Source: Candidatus Poribacteria bacterium
GTDB taxonomy: Bacteria > Poribacteria > WGA-4E > WGA-3G
Length of the DNA stretch: 64,000 bases
Reading direction: 5' to 3'
Assembly (NCBI GenBank): GCA_965242965.1
Contig: OZ251518.1
Location: 4,256,001-4,320,000, forward strand
Of this stretch, positions 36,280-44,950 are shown one piece after another. The notes under the pieces were generated by a model. The model saw only the letters and a list, made by a program, of their open reading frames with translations, made no database searches and was not told where the DNA came from. Numbering within the stretch: position 1 is the stretch's first letter; each line of letters opens with the position of its first letter. The translations under genes and the position numbers were made by a program.

Positions 36280-38751
36280 ATGAAACCTAGGTTTAAGTTT
36301 GTCGCGACACTCCTCATCGCCTTCGCCTGCTGTTTGGCGTTCCAACTGACGAGTTGGAGTGAAATGGAGGCGGCGAGTGTCAAAATCCCGAAAATTACAG
36401 CGTTGAAGGTGCATCCGAAGTCGCTGACGCTGGAGCATGCACGCGATGGCCGCCGCGTGCTCGTGTCAGGCAGAACAACGGATGGACGTTGGGTCGATGT
36501 GACGCATTGGGCAGTTCTCACGCCTTCTTCCGCGGGAGTGCAGGTGCAGGAAGATGGCTCTATCTATCCGATGGCCGTCGGCACGACGAACATCGCCGTT
36601 ACCCTCAAAAACCTCAGCACCGATTTACCGGTGAACGTCAAGAGCATGGAGTCACCGCCGGTGAGTTTCGTGCGGGATGTCATGCCGCTGCTGAGTCATG
36701 TCGGCTGCAACAACGGCACGTGTCACGGCGCAGCGAAGGGCAAAAACGGGTTCAAACTCTCTCTGCGCGGCTATGACCCGGATTTTGACTACGAACTCCT
36801 CATTGAGGACATCTCTGGACGGCGTTTCAATCGCGCGTTCCCGGAACAAAGCCTCATGCTGCTCAAGCCGACATCCGAAGTGCCGCACAAAGGCGGACAA
36901 GTGATTGTCCCCAATTCGCGCGACTACGAACTGATTCGGCAGTGGATAACGGAAGGCGTTGTCTCTGATGTGAAAACCACACAGCGTGTTGAACGGTTAG
37001 AGGTGCTGCCGACTTCCGCCGAGTTGTCCATGCCCGGCGCGAAGCAGCAGCTTATCGCCATCGCGCACTATCCCGATGGGACGACGCGCGATGTCACCCG
37101 CGAGGCGAAGTTCACCAGCAGCGTCAATGAAGTCGCGAAAGTGACAGATGCTGGCGTTGTCACCGCTGAACGGCGCGGCGAAACCGCCATCTTGACAAGG
37201 TATGAAGGCGCGTATAGCACCAACGGCATCATCGTCATGGGAGACAGAAGCGGCTATCAGTGGGTGAAAACGCCGGAACACAACTACATCGATACGCACG
37301 TGCATAACAAACTCAAGCGGATGAAGATTCTGCCCTCGGTCCTCTGCACCGATGAAGAGTTTGTGCGGCGTATCTATCTCGATCTGACAGGGCTGCCGCC
37401 GACACCGGCGCAGGTTCGGCATTTCTTATCAGACAAAACCGCTTCAAAGGCGAAGCGCGAGCAGTTAATCGATACACTCGTGGAAACGCCGGAGTTTGTC
37501 GATCATTGGACGCATAAATGGGCAGATCTGTTGCAGTCAAACCGGAAGTTCCTCGGCGAGCGCGGGGTGTGGCTTTTCCAGCAGTGGATTCACGAATCCA
37601 TCGCGCAGAATCGTCCTTATGATGAGTTCGTTCGTGAACTGATTACGGCGAACGGAAGTGTATACAGCAACCCTGCCGCCAGTTATTTCCGGGTATCACG
37701 TGAATATACGGATGCAGTGGAGAACACGACGCAACTCTTTTTAGGTGTGCGGTTCTCGTGTAATAAATGCCATGACCATCCGTTTGAGAAATGGACGCAG
37801 AACCAGTATTATGAATTCGGCGCGTTCTTTGCAGATGTCAAAGTCAAGCCGGGGCAGCTGCCCGGTGATGAGGTAGTCTACGCCAGTTATACCGAAACGC
37901 CGGTGAAACATCCCCGAACGTTGGCGGTGATTGAACCGTCTGTGCCGTTCGGCGAAGTGGATGCAGACGCGGATAACAAACGGGAGGCTTTAGCCGAGTG
38001 GCTCACTGCCACGGATAATCCTATGTTCGCGCGCGCTGGCGTAAATCGGCTGTGGAGTTATTTCATGGGACGCGGCATAATTGAGCCTGTCGACGACATC
38101 CGCACCAGTAACCCGCCGACGAACCCGGAACTGCTTGATGCGTTAACGAAGGATTTTGTGGAGAGCGGCTTCGATCTGAAGCATATCATGCGGACAATCG
38201 CGCGCTCCCGAACCTATCAACAGAGTATCAAGACGAACAAGTGGAACGAAGCGGATAAAATCAATTTCTCCCACGCTGTCGCGCGGCGTTTGACAGCCGA
38301 GCAGCTGCTCGATGCCATTGGCGTGGCGACAGGGAGCCGGCCGCGATTTGAAGCGGTGCCGAAAGACTTCAGAGCCGTTCAATTGCCCGATAGCAAGGTG
38401 AAAGACGACGGCTTCTTGAAACTCTTTGGCCGTCCTGAGCGCGAGACTTCATGTGAATGTGAACGCACCACCGAGGTCAGCCTCGCGCACGCAATGAACC
38501 TGATTAACGGGCCGACAGTCGCGGACGCGCTCATCGACCCGGGCGGACGCATCGCGAAACTATTGAAGGCAGAAAGTGACAACAAAACCGTCGTTGAGGA
38601 ATTGTATCTCGCGACGCTTTCTCGGTTACCACAGGAGAACGAATACGCCGTAGCGGTTGAACATCTCGCGAACGCCGAATCGAAAGAAGAAGGCGCGCAA
38701 GATTTGTTGTGGGCACTGATTAACAGTCCCGCGTTTCTATTCAATCGTTAA
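36280..38751 (+). CDS. DUF1549/DUF1553 (PSCyt2/PSD1) protein with Ig-like domains
   Basis: SFVRDVMPLL..GCNNGTCHG, NYIDTHV, DEEFVRRIYLDLTG, CNKCHDHPFEKW, NRLWSYFMGRG..PVDD, RRLTAEQLLD, FGRPERETSCECER, DLLWALINSPAFLFNR. Confidence 0.92.
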   Translation: MKPRFKFVATLLIAFACCLAFQLTSWSEMEAASVKIPKITALKVHPKSLTLEHARDGRRVLVSGRTTDGRWVDVTHWAVLTPSSAGVQVQEDGSIYPMAVGTTNIAVTLKNLSTDLPVNVKSMESPPVSFVRDVMPLLSHVGCNNGTCHGAAKGKNGFKLSLRGYDPDFDYELLIEDISGRRFNRAFPEQSLMLLKPTSEVPHKGGQVIVPNSRDYELIRQWITEGVVSDVKTTQRVERLEVLPTSAELSMPGAKQQLIAIAHYPDGTTRDVTREAKFTSSVNEVAKVTDAGVVTAERRGETAILTRYEGAYSTNGIIVMGDRSGYQWVKTPEHNYIDTHVHNKLKRMKILPSVLCTDEEFVRRIYLDLTGLPPTPAQVRHFLSDKTASKAKREQLIDTLVETPEFVDHWTHKWADLLQSNRKFLGERGVWLFQQWIHESIAQNRPYDEFVRELITANGSVYSNPAASYFRVSREYTDAVENTTQLFLGVRFSCNKCHDHPFEKWTQNQYYEFGAFFADVKVKPGQLPGDEVVYASYTETPVKHPRTLAVIEPSVPFGEVDADADNKREALAEWLTATDNPMFARAGVNRLWSYFMGRGIIEPVDDIRTSNPPTNPELLDALTKDFVESGFDLKHIMRTIARSRTYQQSIKTNKWNEADKINFSHAVARRLTAEQLLDAIGVATGSRPRFEAVPKDFRAVQLPDSKVKDDGFLKLFGRPERETSCECERTTEVSLAHAMNLINGPTVADALIDPGGRIAKLLKAESDNKTVVEELYLATLSRLPQENEYAVAVEHLANAESKEEGAQDLLWALINSPAFLFNR

Positions 38752-38838
38752 CGTCGCGGTAGGAGAATTCAACCTGTAAGGGCGGATGTAGAAATCCTCC
38801 CTTACAACCGCTCCTATCATCACGGAGGCAACAACATC

Positions 38839-40284
38839 ATGTTATCGTTATCACAGATTCCCGGAAGACTGTGTGACGGATTTTCACGTCGCGAATTTCT
38901 ACGCGTCGGTGGTGCGGCGATGCTCGGCATCAGCCTACCGCAAGTCCTGTCACTCCAAGCGCAAGCGAATACGGCAGTCGATCCTTCCAAGCCGCTCAAC
39001 GGTTGGGGGAAAGCCAACGCTGTGATCCTCCTCTTTTTGCAAGGTGGCCCTAGCCATCTTGATATTTGGGATCCGAAGCCGAATGCGCCCTCGAACATCC
39101 GAGGCGAATTCAATCCGATTCCGACGAATGTGGACGGCATTCAATTGTCCGAGACGATGCCGCGTTTGGCACAGCAGATGGACAAGGCGTGCCTCATCCG
39201 CTCGGTAAGTTACACGCCGGCGGGGCTTTTCAACCACACGGCGGCGATGTATCAGATGGTGACAGGCGAAACGCCAGATAAAGTCGCGCCATCGGGACAG
39301 CTGGATCCGCCTTCACCGGCAGACCATCCGAATGCGGCGGCGCACATCGCGAACTTCCGTCCGCCGGATGAACCGATGCTGGCCGCAGTGCAACTTCCGC
39401 GTCCGATGCAGGAGAGCAATATCATCGGCAAGGGTGGAAACGCGGGGTTCCTCGGTAGAGCCTACGATCCCTATTTCCTCTTCCAAGATCCGAATGAGGA
39501 TATTAACTTGGACGATTTAACGTTGCGTCCAGAGGTGCCGCCGGTGCGGTTGAAGCGGCGGAAAACCTTGCTGGAGACGATTAACGCCGGCATGCCGGAA
39601 ATCGACAAGGTTGCGGATTCTTATGCCTTGAACGAGTATTATGAGAAGGCTTACAATCTCATCTTGTCGCAGCGGGCGCGGAATGCGTTTGACTTGTCGC
39701 AGGAACCCGATGAGATGCGCGATAAGTATGGACGGCATACGTTTGGACAAAGTGCGCTCCTCGCGCGGCGGTTAGTGGAGGCAGGCACTCGCTTCGTGCA
39801 GGTGAACTGGCCCTCTGTCGCTAACGGCGATCCGAACACGACGGCATGGGATACGCACGCGACGAACTTCGGTCCGCTGAAAAATCTGCACTGTCCGAAG
39901 TTGGATAGCGCAGTCTCCTCGCTGCTGGAGGACCTGCATCAGCGCGGCATGTTAGACGAGACGCTGGTCTTGGCTATAGGCGAGTTCGGACGTTCCCCGC
40001 GGATGGGTGTCAGCACCTCTGGAAATAGCAACGCGCCCGATGGCCGCGATCATTGGCCGTATTGCTACACCGGGCTGATTGCAGGCGCGGGTGTGAAAGG
40101 CGGACAGGTTTACGGGAAGTCCGATGCAACCGGCTCAACACCGCTTGAGAATCCGGTGAATCCGCGCGACATCCTCGCCACTGTCTACCATACCCTCGGC
40201 ATCGATCCGCACACCATTGTGTTCAATCACTTGGAGCAACCGCGCGAATTGGTGAAAGGCGAACCGATTGCGGGGATTTTCTAA
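38839..40284 (+). CDS. DUF1501 domain protein with Tat-like SRREFL motif
   Basis: FLQGGPSHLDIWDPKP, GQSALLARRLVEAG, WDTH, GEFGRSP, GRDHWP. Confidence 0.93.
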   Translation: MLSLSQIPGRLCDGFSRREFLRVGGAAMLGISLPQVLSLQAQANTAVDPSKPLNGWGKANAVILLFLQGGPSHLDIWDPKPNAPSNIRGEFNPIPTNVDGIQLSETMPRLAQQMDKACLIRSVSYTPAGLFNHTAAMYQMVTGETPDKVAPSGQLDPPSPADHPNAAAHIANFRPPDEPMLAAVQLPRPMQESNIIGKGGNAGFLGRAYDPYFLFQDPNEDINLDDLTLRPEVPPVRLKRRKTLLETINAGMPEIDKVADSYALNEYYEKAYNLILSQRARNAFDLSQEPDEMRDKYGRHTFGQSALLARRLVEAGTRFVQVNWPSVANGDPNTTAWDTHATNFGPLKNLHCPKLDSAVSSLLEDLHQRGMLDETLVLAIGEFGRSPRMGVSTSGNSNAPDGRDHWPYCYTGLIAGAGVKGGQVYGKSDATGSTPLENPVNPRDILATVYHTLGIDPHTIVFNHLEQPRELVKGEPIAGIF

Positions 40285-40299
40285 GGTTTCGCTTCATTC

Positions 40300-40650
40300 T
40301 GCATGGCGAGGGAAACTTGTCCCTCGCCATGCTCATCCGCATCGGTAGGAGAGACCTCCTGGTCTCGATGCATGCACTATCGGGACAGGGATGTCCCGCC
40401 TACCGGAAGAGGCACTATCGGGACAGGGGCTGCCGATAAGGTTTCGGTTCAACCCGTAGGGTGAGGGCATGTCCTTCACCATGCTTCGCTGCATCAGTAG
40501 GAGAGACCTCCTGGTCTCGATTTCTTCCGCTGCAGAGAAGCATGCCATATCGGGACAGGGATGTCCCGCCTATCGGAAGAGGCGTATCGGGACAGGGATG
40601 TCCCGCCTACCGGAAGAGGCGTATCGGGACACGGATGTCCCGCCTACGGG
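40300..40650. repeat. REP cluster including 37-bp tandem repeats
   Basis: TATCGGGACAGGGATGTCCCGCCTAyCGGAAGAGGCG at 40548, 40585 and 40622 (partial), plus a copy at 40378. Confidence 0.9.
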
Positions 40651-40679
40651 AATTATCTGATTATTTTCGGAGAAGCTCT

Positions 40680-40940
40680 ATGAAGAAGTTCGTGTTGAAC
40701 ATCCTTCTTGGGACTATTGGAGGTATCTGCGGCTCCATCATCTATCCATTTATCAAACATTGGGACCCGCTCATACTTGGGGGCTCAGTGTCGTGTGTTG
40801 TGGTGCTATGTATGGGGCTGTCGATCAAATTTGATGAGGACGAAACGCCACGCGAGTCCTTCGCAGCGTTTAAGGCGCGCAAGATGCGAGAGAAAGAGTT
40901 GAAGAAGCGTCACCAACAAAAGGAAAACGAAAATGCATGA
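40680..40940 (+). CDS. Small two-TM membrane protein
   Basis: Two hydrophobic helices and a basic tail; GGAG RBS; overlaps the next start by 8 nt. Confidence 0.55.
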   Translation: MKKFVLNILLGTIGGICGSIIYPFIKHWDPLILGGSVSCVVVLCMGLSIKFDEDETPRESFAAFKARKMREKELKKRHQQKENENA

Positions 40941-43395
40941 ACTAACAAAACGTTGCGCTATCCTACTTTTCATCAGTCTTTTTATTCTCGGTGTCGCGCA
41001 GGCGCAGGTGCAGCCGGAACTCACCGCAGTCTTCCCACAAGGTGGACAACAAGGGACTACCGTTGCGGTGACTCTCAAAGGCAAAAACATCGGCACGGCA
41101 ACGGCATTGTGGTTCAGCGGCAGCGGCATCACAGCCGAGATTAAAGCGAGAACTGCTGAAGCCGCTGTCTTCTTTGATGGCGCGGGTGTCACCGGGCATA
41201 TCCCAAACGATGCGCGGCTGACTGCACACCTGACACTTTCTCCCGATGCGCCGCTAGGCATCCAGCAAGTCCGCCTCGTTACACCCTACGGCGTTTCCAA
41301 CGCGCAAAGTTTTGTCGTCGGGGAACTGCAGGAAATGATTGAAGCGGAAACGGCTGCCGAGGCAGAGGCATCTCATTGGCTCGAATTGCCCATCACTGTC
41401 AATGGCGACATCAACTCAATTGACGATGAAGATACGTTTACGTTTAACCTGAGAAAGGGTGCTCGGCTGATCTGTGACGTGACAGCGCAGCGCATAGGTT
41501 CGCTGCTGGATTCCTACCTCGTTTTGAAAAATGCCGACGGCACAGAGGTTGCCAACAGCGGGATGGGGAGGGGGTTTGACTCGCTGTTGGATTACACAGC
41601 GATGGCGGCGGGAAAATATAGCCTTCACATCCGGGACATCCGTTACAAAGGCGGAGAAGGCTACGGCTATCGGGTGCGCATCGGTGAATTGCCGTATCTG
41701 GAGACAATCTTTCCGCTTGGGGGACGGCGCAGTTCGGAGAATACGATTGCTGTCAGCGGCGCGAACCTTGAAACAGTCACGTCTATTCAGCTCTCCATCG
41801 GTGCTGAAACACCGACAGACAAGCAGTCGCTGCGGGTGAGAACTTCCAGCGGCTTGGCGACGAATGCACACCCGTTTGCCATTGGAAAATTAGCGGAAAT
41901 GGCCGAGACTGAACCTAACAACATGCGCGAAAACGCGAACGCCGTGCCGGTGCCGATAACGCTCAACGGAAAAATAGGCAAGGCGGAAGATGTAGATATG
42001 TTCTCGTTCAAGGTTGAAGCGGCACAACGCCTCGTTTTTGAGATAGAGGCACTCACGCTCGCGTCAAAACTTGATGCTTTGCTCACGCTCTACGGTGCCG
42101 AAGATAGGGTGGATGACGCTGAAAAGATGGGGAACTGGGACGAGGAAAAAGATACCCAGGTCTTGATGGTAAACGACGATGCCATCGGTGCTGATGCCCG
42201 CATTGAATGGCTGTTTGAAGAGGCTGGCACTTACGCTGTTTCTGTCCGAGAACTCAACAATCGGGGCGGCGAAGCGTATCCTTACCGCCTCAGTATCCGG
42301 CCGTTAGAACCTGACTGCGAGCTCAATGTTATCGTGCTTGACAATCGGAACCGCGTGGCAGCGTTTGATAACCCACGCGTTAGCCGGGGCAGTAGCATCA
42401 CGATGCAAGTTGATGTAACCCGGCTTGATGGGTTTGACGGCCCGATTCGCCTAACCTGTCCTGCATTGCCAAAAACGTTTGACTTGAGCCACACCGTCAT
42501 TGAACCTGGTCAAAACCGGGCACTACTCACGGTGACTGCGCCGTGGGATGCACCGCTGGGGCTCATGCCTATCTCTATAGTCGGAGTTTGTGCAGTTGGC
42601 AGTAAACAGATAGAACGCACCGCTACCCCGGACCCGATTCTATTGACGGTGATGGAGGCACCACAGTTCACGCTGACGCTGGCTGAGATAGGCTTGAGCG
42701 TTGTCCATAACAAATCCGTGAATCTTCACGTAACCGCGAACCGCTGGGGTGGCTTTGTCGGCCCGATTGCGTTGTCGGTAGTCGGATTGCCGAACCGTGT
42801 TACCGCCGCACCTGTCACGATTGCGGAAGGCGAAACCGAAGCGACACTTTTGATTAAAGCCGGGAGTTTTGAGCGGCGAGAGCAGTTCTCTGTCGTTCCA
42901 ACGCCGGGGACAAACTATATTTCGGTGACAGGCACTGCGACTATCAACAGCGTGCCGGTGAAGCAATCCACGCCAGCCATTCCGTTGACTATCGTGGAGG
43001 CACCTTTTATCGTGACGGTGGAGCCGTTGCGTTTTAGCATCGTTTTTCCCAGAACCGATGAAGGTGACGCTATTGCTGCCATTGCCGCCAAGGAGGAAAC
43101 TGGCGAGTCTGCGAGCGAAACTGGGGAAACAAAAGAGGCGATGTTGACGTTGGCGGTAGTGCGGCAAGGCGGTTTTACGGATGCGGTGACGCTTACGCCG
43201 ATGGATTTACCGGCAGGCATCACCACTTCTGTCGCGACGATTCCGGCGAACGAAACCGAGGTGGAGGTGCCGTTGCAGGCATTGGCTTCACTGAAACCGG
43301 ACACCTACACCTTCACCTTCCGCGGCACCGCGACGATTAATGGCAAGCCGTTTGTGCAGGATAGTCCGCTGTTGAGTGTTAAGATTATTCATTAG
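40933..43395 (+). CDS. Secreted PPC (pre-peptidase C-terminal)/Ig-domain protein typical of DUF1549-DUF1501 clusters
   Basis: VFPQGGQQGTTV, PITVNG.I....DED.F.F, RIGSLLDSYL, ETEPNN, YRVRIGELP; no catalytic peptidase domain seen. Confidence 0.82.
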   Translation: MHELTKRCAILLFISLFILGVAQAQVQPELTAVFPQGGQQGTTVAVTLKGKNIGTATALWFSGSGITAEIKARTAEAAVFFDGAGVTGHIPNDARLTAHLTLSPDAPLGIQQVRLVTPYGVSNAQSFVVGELQEMIEAETAAEAEASHWLELPITVNGDINSIDDEDTFTFNLRKGARLICDVTAQRIGSLLDSYLVLKNADGTEVANSGMGRGFDSLLDYTAMAAGKYSLHIRDIRYKGGEGYGYRVRIGELPYLETIFPLGGRRSSENTIAVSGANLETVTSIQLSIGAETPTDKQSLRVRTSSGLATNAHPFAIGKLAEMAETEPNNMRENANAVPVPITLNGKIGKAEDVDMFSFKVEAAQRLVFEIEALTLASKLDALLTLYGAEDRVDDAEKMGNWDEEKDTQVLMVNDDAIGADARIEWLFEEAGTYAVSVRELNNRGGEAYPYRLSIRPLEPDCELNVIVLDNRNRVAAFDNPRVSRGSSITMQVDVTRLDGFDGPIRLTCPALPKTFDLSHTVIEPGQNRALLTVTAPWDAPLGLMPISIVGVCAVGSKQIERTATPDPILLTVMEAPQFTLTLAEIGLSVVHNKSVNLHVTANRWGGFVGPIALSVVGLPNRVTAAPVTIAEGETEATLLIKAGSFERREQFSVVPTPGTNYISVTGTATINSVPVKQSTPAIPLTIVEAPFIVTVEPLRFSIVFPRTDEGDAIAAIAAKEETGESASETGETKEAMLTLAVVRQGGFTDAVTLTPMDLPAGITTSVATIPANETEVEVPLQALASLKPDTYTFTFRGTATINGKPFVQDSPLLSVKIIH

Positions 43396-43514
43396 GGGAG
43401 TTTGTATCGTAGGGCGAGGGCCTGTCCCTCGCCTTGCCGTGAATCTGAAACGGTGCGATTTATGGACGTTTGCCCGTAGTCCTGTGTTTCGGGTTGGAAA
43501 TGGAGGAAAATTTG

Positions 43515-44345
43515 ATGGACGAAAAAATTTTGCCTGAACTCCTTGTGAATAAAGAAGAAGCCGAGGTGAAAATACACGCGAGAATCGTGGAAGGGAAACA
43601 ACTCCTAGATCAGCCGATTCAAAGCGAAGATGGATTGAAGGAGGCTAAGAGAAAAGGCAGAAGATGGTCAAAATACAACGAAGACCTTCTGTTAAGGCTA
43701 TTTTCTGATACGTCAATACTGCGTTACAGACCTTTTCCTAGGCCTTTGTCTGTGCCTATGTTTGCCGTTATTTCACGTAATGAGCCGATTAATTCTACTT
43801 TTCCACGGGACTTGGACAAGTACCGGGAAGATATGGGCAATAGCGTTGACAGCCTGGAGGGGATTTGTGAGCGGCTTGAGTTGTTACCGGGTTTGTTGGA
43901 TGTGCATCCACACATATCTGGTGCTAGTAGAACAAAGGTTTTTATCGGACACGGACATTCGCCTGCCTGGCGCGAACTCAAAGATTTTATACATGAGCGG
44001 CTACAGCTGCCATACGAGGAGTTTAATCGTGTCACTCCAGCTGGCTTAGTTACCCCTAATCGCCTCACCGAAATGTTAGATCAGGCGTGCATGGCATTCT
44101 TGGTGATGACAGCTGAGGACGAACAAACCGATGGAACGCTGCATGCCCGTGAAAACGTAATTCATGAGGCTGGTTTATTTCAAGGTAGGTTGGGTTTTAA
44201 AAAGGCAATTATCTTGATTGAAGAAGGCTGTGAAGAATTTAGTAACATCCACGGCCTCGGTCAAATTCCGTTTTCAAAGGGCAAAATCAGGGCAACATTT
44301 GAGGAAGTTCGCCAAGTTCTGGAACGGGAAGGAATCATTAAGTGA
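43515..44345 (+). CDS. Nucleotide-binding TIR-like domain protein (Cap12/Pycsar-type TIR) with unknown N-terminal domain
   Basis: KVFIGHGHS..W..LKDFI, AFLVMTAEDE, ARENVIHEAGLFQGRLG, FSNIHGL; RBS GGAGG. Confidence 0.85.
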   Translation: MDEKILPELLVNKEEAEVKIHARIVEGKQLLDQPIQSEDGLKEAKRKGRRWSKYNEDLLLRLFSDTSILRYRPFPRPLSVPMFAVISRNEPINSTFPRDLDKYREDMGNSVDSLEGICERLELLPGLLDVHPHISGASRTKVFIGHGHSPAWRELKDFIHERLQLPYEEFNRVTPAGLVTPNRLTEMLDQACMAFLVMTAEDEQTDGTLHARENVIHEAGLFQGRLGFKKAIILIEEGCEEFSNIHGLGQIPFSKGKIRATFEEVRQVLEREGIIK

Positions 44346-44872
44346 GGGTTTTTCATAACTCGCTCAACGTCGTGGGGACAGGCCCCGCGACGTTGCCGGT
44401 AGGAGAGACCTCCCGGTCTCGATGTTTCCCGTAGCGCGGGGGCCTGTCCCCCGCGAGCTCCATCGTCAAGCAGTGGCGTTTTAGGTCCTTTAGGACCTAA
44501 GAGACGTTTTTTATCGTAGTGCGGGGGCCTGTCCCCCGCGAGCGTTGGAGTGCGCGAGCGATGGCGAGGGACAGGCCCCCGCACTACGGTGAGAGGGGTG
44601 GCGTTTTTGTAGTTTGTGATCGCCTGATCACAAACAGGTCAGGAGCAGGTGCTCCTGCCCTACAGGGCCTGGCGCGCGAACGCTGGCGAGGGAACCCGCT
44701 CGGATGCGCGTGTGGAAACCTGCAAGGGCACTCGCCCTACGATGAAGGGAGGCTTTCTGCCACCGCTGCCCCGATAGGCGCGCCGCCCTATTGCATCAAG
44801 ACCAGGAGGTCTCTCCTACTGGGGGAAACGAAATCGTTCGGGGTGTCACGAAACCATTTTGACAACAACGAT
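44343..44872. repeat. Composite REP/MITE-like cluster
   Basis: Starts TGAGGGTTTTTCATAA; contains many hairpin classes. Confidence 0.85.
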
Positions 44873-44887
44873 TGCAGAAAATTTCCC

Positions 44888-44916
44888 TTGCCAAATCCAA
44901 GAGATAATGCTAAAAT
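44888..44916 (+). promoter_or_regulatory. Sigma70-type promoter for the Mod gene
   Basis: TTGCCA-17 bp-TAAAAT with extended -10 TG. Confidence 0.6.
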
Positions 44917-44950
44917 TACCGCAATGCCACCATTTTCATAAGGAGTTCGC

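Noticed and set aside
40548-40647. 37-bp repeats resembling a CRISPR array
   Set aside because: Units are directly tandem with no unique spacers, match a GTAG REP class, and no cas genes are present.
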